Source: Amoebophrya sp. A120
Lineage: Eukaryota; Protista; Dinoflagellata
Direction: 5' to 3'
NCBI GenBank assembly: GCA_905178155.1
Contig: CAJINV010000016.1
Coordinates: 186,001-250,000, forward strand
DNA: 64,000 nt
The notes under the pieces were generated by a model. It searched no databases. It was not told where the DNA came from and saw nothing but the letters and a program-made list of their open reading frames with translations. Positions 1 to 14,200 of this stretch are shown here, piece by piece. The position numbers were made by a program, and so were the translations under genes. The stretch's first letter is position 1, and each line of letters begins with the position of its first letter.

Positions 1-85
1 AAATCTGCATTACAAATTTTATTTCTCATGCTGCAGAAATAATTTGTATTGCATTTATACGAATGCGATACTTTTGCAATGCATA
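1..85. mobile_element. Introner family A, truncated by the window edge
   Basis: Ends with the family A TIR ...GCGATACTTTTGCAATGCATA. Confidence 0.75.
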
Positions 86-3000
86 TGGTTCTACTAGTTG
101 TAGTACCAGCAGCAGCTCCAGCTCCTTGATCAGGAAGATTATCCTCCGTCGCGTGGATGCCTTCCACGAAGAAAGACCTGTCGCTCCTCATGTGGGGATA
201 ATTTTCCACCGCTGCATATGGCGTTCTCAAACGTTACACTCTCAACTGTTACACGAAGTTGTGATGCAAAAACAGCAATAGGGAAAGGGGCAAGGTTGTA
301 ACTCTTGCGTCACAAATTTGGCACAGATTTAGATGCTGTCCAGCCCTTCGATAATTTGTCACGCGAAGCAGCTTGATCGTCTGGCCGCTCATGTTCTTTT
401 TGCATGGCAAATCATGTAACAGTTGAGAATTTGTAACGTTTGAGAATGCCATACTGCAGCCTCCGCTGCGCACGATGTTGAAAACGCAGATTCCCAACAC
501 AGGTAAGAATCGTGCGGCCGCGTGTGACTGCTGTCACGGCCGAAAGTAGAGGAACAGTTGCTGGTAGCCTGCGAGTGATTGCTCGACACACTGCTTTTGC
601 GGGACCGCGGAATGTCATTTTTGAAAAACCTGTCTCCGCTAGTTTCTTGTGCAATTGTCTGCTGGGAAGTTCTTGTGAAAGAACCTCCAGCAGGACCTCC
701 AATTCGTCTGTCTCTGTGGCCGCTGTTGACGCTGTCGCCGGATTGTGATCTATTGCTCCTCCGGCGGGCGGGGGGAGCTCCAGCTCCAGCTGATGCAGTA
801 GAACTACCTTTATTAGAGCAGGTACTGTAGTTCCCTGGTGTGCAGGGCGGCGCCCCTGAGCTCATTGGCGTCGATCTGTCGGTGGAGAAACTGCCGAGAT
901 GTCGCAAAGGCAGCGGCGGGGGGGGAGGCGGTGGGGGTGGAGTCGGGGGCGCATGGTTTACTACTTCTCGAGTTCCAGGTTCTAGGCCGCCACCAGGCAA
1001 TTCTAGTTGTCGTCCTGGGAGCTTTGGAGGTCCTCGACTGTGGTAATCTCCCTTGCCATCTGTAGCTTTTGATTTCCCCGAAGAAGAAGTAGAGGCAGGT
1101 GCGGCTTCCACTTGCAGCTGCGCTTTGTCGAAAGAACTAGTATATCCTGTGTAAAAGTATCGTACTCGTAGTAATCGCAGTCATGCATCACAAATTGCTT
1201 TCTCAAGTGAAATCCGCATGACAAATTTTATTTCTCATGCTGAGGAAATTTGTCATGCGATTTATACTAGTACGATGCTTTTGCATTTCATATAGTAGCG
1301 AAGCTTTGTGCATCTTGCGCAACTACCGGCGTCCGTTCGCCCATGGAGAGGGACGACGTCGAAGATTTCCGCATCGCCTTTTTCCCCCCTTTCTGACAAG
1401 AAGAAGAATCTTGTTTACCGTGCCCTCCTTTATTAACCAACACACTCTGCATCTTATGCATTGCAAAAGTATCGTACTCGTAGTATTGCAATACAAATTA
1501 GCTCAGCATGACAAATGGAATTTCTCATGCTGAAATAGCTTGAAAAAGAAATTTGTGTTGCATGACTGCGATTAGTACGAGTACGATACTTTTGCACAGG
1601 ATACATCTGCTGCTGTTGCAATAATTGCAAGTCTCGCTGTTCCTGTTCCTGTTGCTGGTAATACCAGGTCACGCAGGAATTTTGATTGCTCTCGTGGTTG
1701 TTGTAGTGGCCGATTTGCTGTTGTTGGTGCGAAAGATGTTGGTCGTAACTATCGGACTTGGACCGCCAATTCCAATTTTTGCTGCCTGTGCCTATCTATC
1801 AAATGCAAAAGTGTCAGTCTGGCTCTGGAACAGTCATGCTGCTTTTGCATGACACACAAGGCCTTCGAGAAGCTTCCGCAATGCCGAATGTGCATGACAA
1901 ATGTCCCATTCTGGTGACAGAAAGCGGCCAGCTTTTGCTGCCTGTGCATGAGAGATTTTTATGGGTTGTCAAATGCGCATCACAAGTTTGCATTCTTCCA
2001 GACCCAGACATTTTTGCATTTGATATTATCGTCGACACGCTTTTGAACATACGCGGTCTCCTGTAGAAGTTGTCCTGCTCGGACTTCATTTTTCCGCCCG
2101 CCGCACAATGTTGAAGATCTTTGTCCCAGTAGGAGCCACTTCTTTTCCCGGTCGACATCGGCCTCCAGGGTTTGGAGTAGAAATACTCAGAGGCTGTACT
2201 CGTGCTTTTACTTGTCGTGGTGCTCGCGGCTCTTGCGACGTCGTACCACGATGATGCTGGGGTGATCGTAGTCGTAGTCGTGTCGTCACCTCTTGTTCCC
2301 CCAAGGTGGACCGGATCATCTCCCAGCATCTCCGTGTCTGAGTCCCCGGTTAATAAATGATGAGCCTCGTCCGGCGTCAAAGTAGAAGAAAATCCCGCAG
2401 GAGTGTTTCCGGTGGATCCTTTCCTACTCGAACAACTTGACGCTCCGTTGTTCAACATCCTGGTTTTTGTACTATGCATATCCACATCAACACTGGTCGT
2501 GTTCATCTGGTCCCCATCCTTTGACCACTCTCGTCGTCCTCCCTTGATGTTAGCGTGCATTGATGTTGACGAAGAAGAAGATGACGAGCTGCAGCCGCTG
2601 GAGCTGGAGCTGCTTGCTGCGCTACTTGAGTTATGATCCCCTACAAGAACCCGCGGGATGTTGTTGAACTGCAGCTCCGGCGAACAAGAAGTAGAAGTGC
2701 ACATTCGACGTGTTTCGGGAAGATCATGATGAAAATCTTCGCCGGTACTAGGAGCAGCTGGTCCACTAGCAATTTTGTTGTAGCAGCTGTACTTACCGCT
2801 GTTTCTACTAGAAGAACTACTCCCCTCCTTCACGACCGCGGACGACGTTTTGGACGACGAATAGCAGGGGTTACTGCAACTGCCCGACGACGCGGCACTG
2901 TTCTTGGACCATTCTCGGCGGAGATTTTTGTCCCCTTCGGGGGAAGAAAGCAGGTCGAACATCATCGGGACCGCTTCGTCAGGCTGGTGGTCCACTTCTA

Positions 3001-4586
3001 CTTCTTCGTCTTGTAGATCCACCGCAAAGTCGAAGTTATCCATGTCCTTGTAGAGTGGCACGATCACGTCGTTAGTCGGATGGACGTAGCAATCGGAAGT
3101 CGAGCGGAGAGAATTTGTTCCACCGGAAGAACTGCCTCGGCTCAGAGGCGGCGCGTCGTGGTGGTACAGCGTGTTGTGGTCCTTCATCTTCTTACAAGAT
3201 GAGGACGTAGATGACATCAGATCAAACACCGAACTGTCCAGAAAGTCTTCGCCTGTCTCTTCTCTCGTCGGCCTGCGCGGCGTCCGCGGAGTTGTGTGGG
3301 CGTCACGCGCACCGCAAGCAGGAACTACTGTAGTAGAGAAGTAGTTTGCATCAACATCTTCACCGGCTTCTGCTGCTGCAGAAGCAGAGGTAGAAGAAGT
3401 TGTGAGCGGAGTAAAACCTGATGACGATGGTGCTACTTCTTCCATCTTCCCTCCCTTCGCAATAGATGATATCCCCGGATGAGTGTTGTTTTCACGACCT
3501 CCCTATCAAATGCAAATATGTCTGGGTCTGGATGGGTGCATCGACGCTTGTCATGCATGTTTTGCATGGCCCGTAACGCCTGCAATGGTGCATCACCTAG
3601 CATCACAGATTTTTAGAGAACTTCCTGATGCCTATTCCGCATGAAAAAAGCCGCCCCCGCGAAGCACAAACTGGACTCCTATAATTTCTTTTCATGCAAT
3701 ACAGATTTTTTTAGAAGTCAAAGACAGCATCACAAGTTCGCATCCTTCTAGACCCAGACATTTTTGCATTCAATACTCCCTTGTCCGAAGAAAACTGTTG
3801 GATCGGTTCTGCACACGAGTTAGTTCTCCGGTTCGCAACAGAGGTCAACATCTTGGGTACAACATGATCAATTCCGGGCCCCGGTGTCGATCTCCAGTTC
3901 CTTTGTTCCTCTTGGTGACAAGCACCACCTCTACCCTTGTAGTTGCTGGATTTCTTGTTCTCTAGAAGTCGTACTTTATCGCGACGCAAACGCAGCTCTC
4001 GCCAGTTGTAGCCTAGTTTTCGTGCCTCTTCCTGCATGCAATCTTGGTCTCGGGGGGGAGAAGAGAATAAATCGTTTCTGCTTACAACTCGCGTTGAGGT
4101 TGATAAGACCTTCTCCGTTCTGCTCCTGTTCTTTGACAGGTCGAAAAAGCTGCTGCTTGTTCTTTTCCTCTGGTCCTGTGCAGAAGCAGGGTTCAGATGG
4201 TTGTTGAGGTCTTGTAGCTCACGATTGTCGTTCAACATCTCGCCGTTGTTTGGTTTATTCGCGTTTTCCCCTACAAATTCCCCGCCGTCCTCAAGCGGAG
4301 GTAGTGGCATGTCGCCCCACAGCAGGTCGGGGATGGGAAGCAGGGAAGATTGAGGCCCGACCTGCTGGTCACCTGTAGGGACATAAACTTCTGAAGACCC
4401 CTCCATTTTCTTGCAGCGCTCCTTTCTGGTCGTTGCTATACTGAGTCGTGTGTCGTCTTTGTCCTGCTGCACTGGAAGTTGTACAACTAGACGCCCAAGT
4501 TCTTGTAGTACGGCCTTTATTTCGATTTCGTCCACGACCTCGCTCTTCGCTTCTCTATCCGTACTAAATTTTGTCCTGAGCTGCAC
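86..4586 (-). CDS. Ser/Gln-rich low-complexity hypothetical protein, multi-exon; runs off the left window edge; 5' end uncertain
   Basis: ORFs 3711-4586, 1814-3445, 1454-1672, 1288-1491, 389-1111 and exon 86-211 join in one frame after removing elements 3504-3775, 1797-2025, 1455-1603, 1143-1292 and 217-453, each with 5 nt (e.g. AAG GGA G|GT CGT GAA). No recognisable domain. Confidence 0.7.
217..453. mobile_element. Introner family B
   Basis: TIR TATGGCGTTCTCAAACGTTAC / GTAACGTTTGAGAATGCCATA; DR CTGCA. Confidence 0.9.
1143..1292. mobile_element. Introner family A
   Basis: TIR TATCCTGTGTAAAAGTATCGTACT; DR TAGTA. Confidence 0.9.
1455..1603. mobile_element. Introner family A (opposite orientation to 1143-1292)
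   Basis: TIR TGCAAAAGTATCGTACTCGTA; DR CATCT. Confidence 0.9.
1797..2025. mobile_element. Introner family C
   Basis: TIR TATCAAATGCAAAA..TCTGG; DR CTATC/TTATC. Confidence 0.85.
3504..3775. mobile_element. Introner family C
   Basis: TIR TATCAAATGCAAATATGTCTGGGTCT; DR CTCCC. Confidence 0.9.
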
Positions 4587-6087
4587 GAAGTTCGTTGAAG
4601 ATGAAACGTAGTTTAATTTATTCTTCCGGCTCTTCTTTTCTTACCGCTTCGGCTTAAGCGCAGACCGCTCTCGCAAAATAACCGACATTAGATTCGCAAG
4701 AACCGGTGAAGTTGTGTTCACGTTCTGTAGCTGCGGCGCTGCTGGGGAATCATGATAGTACACGGTCATGGTTTCGACGTAAAAGAGCCCGAGTTCGAGG
4801 TCGTGTAGAAGAGGACCTTCACAGTTAGTACTACAACACAACCAGCTAATGTGGTGCTGACGCAAGGCTAGTACTTCTAGAAGAAGGAGTGGCCGACGGC
4901 ACAAATGCTTTCGCTTTTTGTTCCCGCCCCGGCACGAATGGAGGATTGTAACGTGCTGGTAGAAATTCGGGCTACAAGGTGGAAGTGGATGATGTGGATC
5001 TTGTGCAGCAAAAAAAGCAGACGTATGGTGGAATTCTCGTCGTACAACCTCTCGGAAAGTCAGAGTCGTAGAACTTCTTCTTGCCTCAGCCTCTGCCTGT
5101 TTTTAACTACTCCCCTTTTATTTTTATTTCGTTTTCCCTTTCCGATCATCCAACAGGATGGATTGTCCCCGAAAAAATCAATTATACTACCCACCTTCTA
5201 ATGCAACGAGCGATGGTGCGCCTTCGTTGCTAAAATACGGATAGCCTCCAGATACAACTCCCAGGTCCCAATAGATACTAAACTCTAACCACTCTTAAAC
5301 TTAAACTTAAACGTAAACACTGCGTAAATAATGGCTTATTCTTTTAGGTGTAGCATACTTGCTTCAACAGAAGTACAACCTTACTCACACGTACTACAAG
5401 GTAGCTTTATCTTTTTTCGAAAATCGGATGAGGAGTGTCTGTGTCGCCCTGCTCGTCGCACAAATTCCTTACAAAATTGGCCGAATGATATAGATACACC
5501 ACTAGAGAAGTGAAGAAATTTTGCTCCGAATGAGCGCAAGTTTTTTTAGGCTGCTGGTGCGTCGCTGAGGGTTCTTGATTTCGGGAAGGTTGCACTTGAC
5601 AGTAAATGCAGAAGACCCGTCTCGTCAGGAGAGCCTACAGCAGCAGCTTTTATTCTTTGGCAGTCTGTAGTCTACAGTAGTTGCAAGAAATTGGAGCGTC
5701 GTCGCGGTACAACAAACTTAATTACAAAAAAGAGCACTTCTAGTAGTAAATCTCGAACTTTCTTTGTGAACAGCAGAGAATAAGTAATGAATTGGACCCA
5801 GACAACTATAGATGAAATACACCGACTCCGAGAGCAGAGAGGACTGCTTTTAATAGTCTTTTGAAGCTATCCAAGTCGCCGAATGTATGAAAAACTCACT
5901 TCTCCTCCCGAGAAGTTGTGATGTTCCTCGTCAAAACTGACAAATAAAAAAAGTGCCGTCATTCTACTTGTAGTGCTTAGGAGCCATGCTAGATGCTTCT
6001 TCCATTCGCCTGCATTGGTCCGATGTCCCTGTTTTTTGATTTTTGGTTCGTAGATTGGTTGGATTTGGAAAGCGAAACCTTACGAAT

Positions 6088-6394
6088 TATGGAACTGTCA
6101 GGTTTGAAATCGTCAAAGTTGAAATAGTTTGTAATGCATAAAATGCATGACCCGCGGCACGTGTGTTGCAGAGCAGGCAAGTGAGGCCGATTGTAAGCCT
6201 GTTTGGGGCTACAGCTCGAGCTGCTAAAGTAGCATGCGAAAATCGCTCTTCTTTGCCTAAACAGCATGACAAACTGGATTTAGGGACCACCGAAATTTGT
6301 CATGCGCCAATTGGAAACTGGATTCCAACTGGCGTCCATTTTATGCATGGCAAATTATTTCAGCTTTGTCGATTTCAACTCTGACACATCCATA
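6088..6394. mobile_element. Family D element in non-coding DNA
   Basis: TIR TATGGA..TGTCAG..TTGAAATCG.CAAAG.TGAAAT; DR CGAAT; close copy at 47762. Confidence 0.9.
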
Positions 6395-8278
6395 CGAATA
6401 TGATCAAGAGTAAAAAGAAGTGGATAATTGCTCGTCTAAGGACTTCGCGACTCGCGCCAATTTCTAGTCGTAGTTGCGATAATGATTAACGCACTCGCTT
6501 AAAAATAGCGCAACAGCAAGCTATGTATACAGCAATATAATACCACCTTTACTTTACAAGTTTTCCTCTACACTAGTGCCAGACGATCTCATCTTTCTTT
6601 TCTTTCATTGGTCGTAGTTTTGCCAATCGGGGGTAGTGATTTGAAGAGCACAACAAGGCTGATGTGAACGTTCGTAGGAGTCCGAAAAAAAAAGTCCGCC
6701 GCGTGTGGAATGCTCTTACTTTCGTACAGTTTCAGGATCAATACTTGTGGGCCATCGAGAAAGTAGTTATAGAGCCGTCGATTACTTACAGAGGGTGAGG
6801 GTAGTACGGGGTCAGTGGGCGGTGCGGGGATGGAACATAGTAGTATTTTGACTTTTGAGAGCCGTCGATGAAATAACAATAAGGGGAAACCATAGTACTA
6901 CAGCACACAACTGAAGGGACCTGGAGGTCGTTTTGATTGATGTTTGCAGTCCGTTGCAATCCAGATTTCTCGTGAAATGACTTGCTACAAGGAGAATGCG
7001 GCAGTATCATCTCAAGTAGAACATCACTGCATGTCATATAATTACGCCATCGGGAGAAACGTCAAAGCTCGGCAGCACTCGAATGGTATGGCTATTTCCA
7101 GCGCAGACCAAAAAGAGAACACTCGCGCAACATCAGCTTGGTTGCAGCACTCAGCGCAAAAAACCATAGCCCATGGCCACACCTGAGTTGCAGCAAGAGG
7201 CACAGGAAGAATTCATGCGACTGTAGCTGTTCATGTTCTTGTCGCGGCGCATGAATATAACAGCCGGAGCCGCAGGAGGTGTTCTGACATATGTACTGAA
7301 ATCGGAGTGATACAATCGGGCAACATCATGAAAGTCAGACAGTCGCTCCTACTAGTACATCTGCTACTTTTCTCTACAGGTCATTTTCATTGATTTGAGG
7401 CAGGCACTTCTTTTTGAAAAAAAAAAGTTTGCTCACGCAATGAACTGCCTCCATTGCCATTCGATGATCAACCCCTCCCAGCTGGATGAAATAATATTGG
7501 GGCTATTTATCAGTGTAGTTGGTGCATTCTGAAAAAAGTCAATGGGTGTAAGTTTTTCTGAAACAATGAATACAGAGATGCGCTGTCGACGAGCCGGAAG
7601 TTTGCTTCGCAAATCTTTTACCTGACTCATGGCTCTCAAAAATCTTTGATATTATGCTACAGTCTTTCTTGTTCGTTCTTTCTCGCTGTTCATCACTTTT
7701 CTATTTCTATTTGTTTCAACACCTTTGAGTCGAAATCATGCAAATATCAAACTTTTTCAGCTAGAGTTCTTGGAAGCTCATGGAAAAAATCACACGACTC
7801 TAGTACAATAAGAATACAACGCAGTTTATGTCGGAAAAAATGTACGTCTGTAATGGTTCCCCCCGCGCGTTGGAAAGCGAAAGCTGCACGAGGAGTTCCT
7901 GTGATAATCTATCTATCTATCTATCTGTGGTCAAACTAAAATTATTAATTGTTGAGCGAGCAATACGTCGGCTAGTACGAGTTGTACTTTCTTTTTCTTA
8001 AGCCTCAGTATATAAATGTTGATTTTGCTAAAATTTGAAGATTCGTTTTTGGGTGTAGAAACGATTTTTTTCATCATGTCGACAATGAAAGCGAAAATAC
8101 TAGTCCCCGCTCCACTGCCGCAGTCCAAAGCTGAAGATAAGCTGCGTCTTGCACTGCTGGCACTTCCACCACATGGAGGCAAATCTTGCAGATGACATAA
8201 ACACAGCAGCCCGGAGAAGTTGTTCTTGAACTACTACCACACGCAAGAAGAAGAACAAGGAGCCACTCATTAGCACCA

Positions 8279-11200
8279 TCACGGCAACTTCTCAAACACG
8301 TCCGAGTAAACGAGCACCGTCTGGTCGATCATGTCGTTGCTCATTTTCTCCCCTGCGCCTCCGTAAATGGCTGCCTGTGTGACCCTCCCGCACTCGGAAT
8401 AAAATCTGCACTGGTCGTACGCGAGACTGTAGGAGTAGTAGCGGCACAGTTCGTCTGTGTTACAGTATGCTTCGCAGAACTTCCGCCGGAACTCGGTAAT
8501 TTGGTAAGCCAAAGAGACAGTTGTGTTTAATTCCGTGAAATTCGTCTCCTCTTCGTCCGAAATTTCCGGGCCGGCCAGGATGTCTTCTAAGATGTCCTTT
8601 TTCGACATCTGCTTCCGCGCAAGGAGTTTCTGGGAGTGGGGGTTGTAGTACTTTTGTTGCGGTGCAGCTGTTGTGGTGCCTGTTGGTTGTCGTGATGCTA
8701 CTTGTTTACTATTTCCGCTTCTTTCTGCCAAATGTCGCAGCACAAACCGGAGCTGTGTCTGCGACATCGTTGCCATGTGTCGTGCTCCTGTCATCTGGTT
8801 CGTTGTACTTTTCCCGCCCACCTGCAAGAACTGCACAACTCCACCTGGTGGGTTGCTTCCCCACGCCGGTGAGGAAGATCTTCTAGAACTAACAGAGTGA
8901 TCCTGCCCGTCTGCGGTCACGGTCATCGGCGTGGCGAAAGGGTTTCCGAAGTAGTTTTTTTTCAGCACTTCGTATTTCGTATTCTGCAAGTGACGTCGTG
9001 GAGACGACGAGGTGGACTTCTGCTGTTTCTTGTTACCGAGCTATCCTGTGCAAAAGTATCGTACTCGTATAAATAGCATCACAAATTCCCTCAGCATTTA
9101 GTAATGCGGATTCCCCAAAAGGGAGGGATTTGTAATGCATGACAGCGATTAGTACGAGTACGATACTTTTGCACAGCATATGAGCTGTCTTTTGGCGATA
9201 CTGATCATCTCCTTCAATTTCGCCCTTTCAGAAGTTGAAGTTGTAGGGGAAGAGGCCGCTGAAGACGAAGTAGATGCTCTTGCTTTCTTCTTCAACAGCG
9301 CCGACGATAGGTGTTCCTCGTGGTCGTCTTTGTCGTAGGCATGAGCGTATGAACTGCAAAAGCATCGTACTCGTATTGCAATCATGCATTGCAAATCCTT
9401 TTGTTAAGGTAGGTTCGAATTGCAAACTTTCTCTCTCATGCTGAGGAAATTTGTAATGCATTTATACGAGTACGATACTTTTGCAATTCATAGAGCGAAA
9501 ACGGAATTCGGATTCGTTTCTTCATCCGAATCCTGATCCACCTCTGCGCTTGGTGGATCATTCGCGCCGTCTTTATTCCCGTCGACGCCACCACTTGACG
9601 ACCCCTCGGAAACTTGCAGTTCTGATGTATCCTCGTCTTCACCGCCTTCGGGAAGATTTTCGTTACTCTCCTCACCATCTTCAGCCTGCTCTTCTACTGT
9701 CAGTTCCGCTTCTTGTTCGTCTCCAGTGACGTTCATAGTGGCGTTATTCGTCGTGCTACTGGTGTCGTTCGTGTCGTTTCCGCCACCGATGGCGTCCGGC
9801 GATTCTGTGGTGGCTAAATCCTCTTGGTCGCCATTGGTCGCTTTCGGATACATGTAGCCGGATGTGGTGGTCTCCGGCACCCCGGCGCATTGACTGTCGA
9901 TCGCGGAGATGTCGTTCGCATCTAAAACGGTGGCGCCCGATTTGAACAGCGCGCATTCGCCGACGTCTTCCTCTTCCCCATCGACTAACTCGCCATCGTA
10001 CGTCAGCGTTTTCAAAGACTCATACCAATCGCAGATGGAACCCAGGCCGACATAGCCCGCGATTTGTGCTGTGTGTTGTTAGAATTTATGGTGTCATGCA
10101 AGAAGTAGACCCTGAACCTGATAATTCAGAACTCTTCTTTTCTTACTTTGTGATGCTCATGTTCTTGCCATGCGTATTCATGATAGTTTTTTACAATCTA
10201 CAAAGCAAAAAACATCAGTAAATACGCGGATCCGAAGTGTTTGTCTTGATCTCGTAAGCGCAGTCGAAAACCTCGCACTCCTGTACTTCGACCAATTTGC
10301 TCGGATCCGGGCACTCTTTACCTCCACCAACAGCTTCATTCAAAATTTCCCGACTCCTCGTCTGTACTCCCTTGCCGCAGGTGACAGTTTGGTTTGTCTC
10401 GTGGAGCATTGTGGTGCCGTCTTTGTCAAATTTGGTCTCGTTGTACACGCACTCCGTTTCGTTCCACGGAGTTAGCGGGGTGATTTCACAATCGACGTCC
10501 AGTAGGTCGCAGGTTCGGTCTACCTGGTCGACCTCGTACCCCGCGTTGCAAGTCCCGCACTGCTCCTGCCCGATGGCCACGGCCATAGTGTCTTCGTCCC
10601 GCTTCGTGTATTTGGCTTTGCAGTACTTCTTCTGGGCGGGGTTCTGAATGAAAGTATTGATGAGAGAGCGAATGATAGATGCACTTTCATCGCATGCCTA
10701 TGCCTGAAATAAATCATTTATGCAGGAAGAAAATATCTTCAAATCAATACCAAAGCCAAGAACTAGTACTATACCGTAACAACGGGAAACCCGTTGCTGC
10801 AAGTGCACTGGTTCACCACTGCCTTGAAAGGTCCGTGGTACTTCTTTCCTTTATCCTGTGCAAAAGTATCGCACTCGTATTGCAATCATGCATTACAAGT
10901 TTTTTTCTTAAGGTAAATCAGCATTACAAATCTCATTTCTCATGCTGAAGAAATTTGTAATGCATTTATACGAGTGCGATACTTTTGGTTTTGCAATGCA
11001 TATCCTTCCCATTCCAACACTTCCGGCACCATGGTGGGTTGAGAGCCGTCAAAACCCGATGCCCGATTCTTTTCTCTCAGTTTTGGCTATCCAACAGAAA
11101 TTTCGCAGCTGTTTGGATCATAGCGCATTCTTCGCGGCCTTTCATCCACGTTCGTGTTTGTCAAGCAGATGTTGACGATCAGTTGTAAACGTTGCTAGCT

Positions 11201-14200
11201 TTGTTCTTAGTGCGCATGATCAAGCACAAGCACAGCATTCTTTTGAAAGTTGTATCTTCAGCATGACAGGTTTCTCCTAGACAGCAGCGCTTTTCTGTAG
11301 GATATCTGCCTGAATTCTGACTTCCATTCTCGATACTCTTCTTGCAGCGCGATTCTTTTTCTTTTGTCCTTTATGCAACAAAAAAGAATCGTGTATGTAC
11401 GGAATGCATGACAAAATAAAGAATGGTTGTTGAAATGCCTGGACGTACTCGATACAGATGCATGACAAACATGATCACGGAGACGAAAATCCCGCATTTC
11501 ATGCTCGACACCAACATGCAAAAAAGCAAAATCAAAAACGAACCCAGGAAGCAAAAGGAGTGGAGCTGTTGTTGAAGCAGCAATACTACAAAAATTCTTC
11601 GTCCACATGAATGATGAAAACGCTACATTTCTATTTCCTTGCCATGCCATGCAAAGGAATGCTATGACTGATACGTGTACGATACTTTTAGAGGTATTCC
11701 AGTAGATAGGCCGGTCCTTCTTGCCGAAGCCTTCTAGGTATGCATTGCAAAAGCATAAGCAGTGCGCTAATGGTGATATACCGCATATATTTCAACAACC
11801 ATCGTCAGAAAGGACAAAAATGAAATTTGTCATGCTCCAGAGAAAAGGTCTGTCATGCATACCTGCGATTTTAAATACGAGCGCGATCATTGTACTTTTG
11901 CAGCTGATACTTGGTACTTTGGCTTGTTCACGATGTGTTTTTCCCAGCGAGTGAAGTTGTGCCCCTTCCGTTGCGGTCCGGTTACTTGAAAGAACTGCAC
12001 CACCTGCGTATGGTCGGACGAATCGTCGCTGTCGTCCGAATCCCCGTCCTTCTGCTCTTCGTCACTCGTGTTCCCCCTTGGCGTCTCGTCCGAGCCGTCG
12101 CTTGCAGCCTCCGGGTCTTCACTCTCTTCCTCGTTGTTCGTAGTTGTTGTCTCTTCCGACCCAGAGGAATCTTGCAACCCGCCATCGGACGTTTCCTTGC
12201 TTCCGCTTTCTTCCTTGATCAGTTGCTTGGCAAAGTCCACCGGCTCCGGATGGTAGCCCGGGTTGATGGCGTCGCAACTTTCTATTCCGTCGACCCGGCA
12301 GGTGACGCCACTGGACGGAATCCCGTGCTCGCAGAGGCACGTGTTCGCTCGACACGTGCCGTTTTCTTGCAGCTTATATCCGTCGTCGCAGGCCCGACAC
12401 TTCTGCATGCCGTTCCGCGGACAATCTTTGTTATCTACCTTTTTCCCGCCGGTGCAGCGACAGACGTTGGGTTCACAGAAAAAGGTGTCGTTGTTCAGCG
12501 TGAAACCGTCTTTGCACCTGGAGTATCCAGGAAAAACACCCATTCCCATCCCCATCCAATTTGTCATGCAAAACATGCGCACACTCCTGTGTTTGTCATG
12601 CAAAAAATGGATGGGGGTTGGTGTCTTTTCCTGGATATGGAACAGGCTTCGTCGCCAGCGTTGCGGCAAGAGGGGACCCCGATGGCGGGGTCACCTGTTG
12701 ATTTTTTTTTTTGAAGTTTTGACGTACGCGCACGTGTTGAGCTATTGTCGGTATCATGTTGTACGACGTTGTGAATCTAGCTCCTCAACGTACTGGATAG
12801 ACGAGATCGGAATCCAAATCTCGATCAACATCAAACTCCTATAACTGAAAAATCGCATTGTAAATCTTTTCACCGTTGTGACACACGCAGACATTGGCGT
12901 CGCAGGTTGGTTTCTCAGTGGCCTCGTTCAAGTGGAAGCCGTCGTTGCAACTGGCACAGTGTGGGGAGTCCTGGTGATTTTTTGCGTTTGTCTTTGCTCG
13001 ATTCGTCTTCCTCCAAGGCAAATATCAACTTTCGTTCGCATTCACGCATGACAGAGTAGTTCATCATCGCGCAAGAAGCACTTCTACCTGCTCCAAACAA
13101 TGCTCCCCCAGCATGCCCTTTCCGTTCACACAGCTACAGGTGTTCGCGGCGCAGATGCCATTTTTGATTTCCAAGTCGCCGCATTTTTGAAACGTCCCAC
13201 CCTCGTCCGTGTAGTGGTAGCCGGGCTTGCACAGCTCTATGTCTCCGACCCCGTCCTTGCACTGTGTGCCACCGACGCCCACACAGATATCAAATGCAAA
13301 AGTGTCTGGGTCTGGAAGGTTGGAACTTGTGATGCTGTCTCTGGATTCTAAAAAGATTTGTATTGCATGACCAGCAAGAGGGCTCCATTTTGTGCTACGC
13401 GGAGAGGGCATTTCTCATGCGGTAGAGGTATCACAAAGCCCTCTCGAAATCTGTGATGCTACGGCATGCATCACAGACTTCACGTCTCATGGAAAATATG
13501 CACGACAAGTCTCGAAATCTTCCAGACCCAGACATATTTGCAGTTGATAACAGATGTCAGCGACCTAAAGTTCGAATAAATTTGGTCGTCGATGGTATCA
13601 GACTAAAGGATTTACGGAGTCAGACTTATTTATGGAATCAGGCTAATGGAATCAGCTTTACCAGTGGAATCAGACTGGTGGAATCAGGCTAGTGCTGCAT
13701 TACCCAGTCCTTGCTTTGCTTGCGCCCGCGCACGGTTGGCTGCTGGGAAAACGCAGAGCCACGGAAAGACGGCCAACATGCCCCCACATGCCAAACACTG
13801 ACGCACCCGACAAGCGCCAAGCCCACCATTCCCCGGGGCGTGTCTTCGTTCCCCCCCCCCCCCACGCACCTCGACACCTTTCATACTACCATGCGCGAGT
13901 ATGAGAAAGGGGAGGGTGGGCGCCTTCCATAGTCAAAGAATCTGGGCAGTGCGAGGCGCCACCGCCCGTGCCGGGAGGCGCTGCTCACAGGCGGCCAAGG
14001 ACCGGGAAGACGGCCTCGCCGCCGGTACGCCCCGCCCCTAGGCATCGGCGACGCTAGGTCGCTAGCCTACGGGAGCCGCCCTGCTGCGAGGTACAGATGG
14101 CTGCGCCCTCGGGAAGCTGGTTCGTTGCCCCTAGGTCGGGAGGCGGCGCCTGGGAGCGCAGGGCAGTCCCTGCCGACACATCTGCGCCACTGCGGCCCCA

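Noticed and set aside
1237-1533. Short ORFs with recurring peptides (YPVQKYRTR, LPDPDIFAFD, KFVMH)
   Set aside because: These are translations of element TIRs and interiors, not a protein family.
5989-6460. A coding exon around element 6088-6394
   Set aside because: Excision gives only a short frame bounded by stops; treated as non-coding.
11911-12844. Long plus-strand ORFs (267 and 193 aa) and similar antisense ORFs elsewhere
   Set aside because: Antisense shadows of minus-strand exons.
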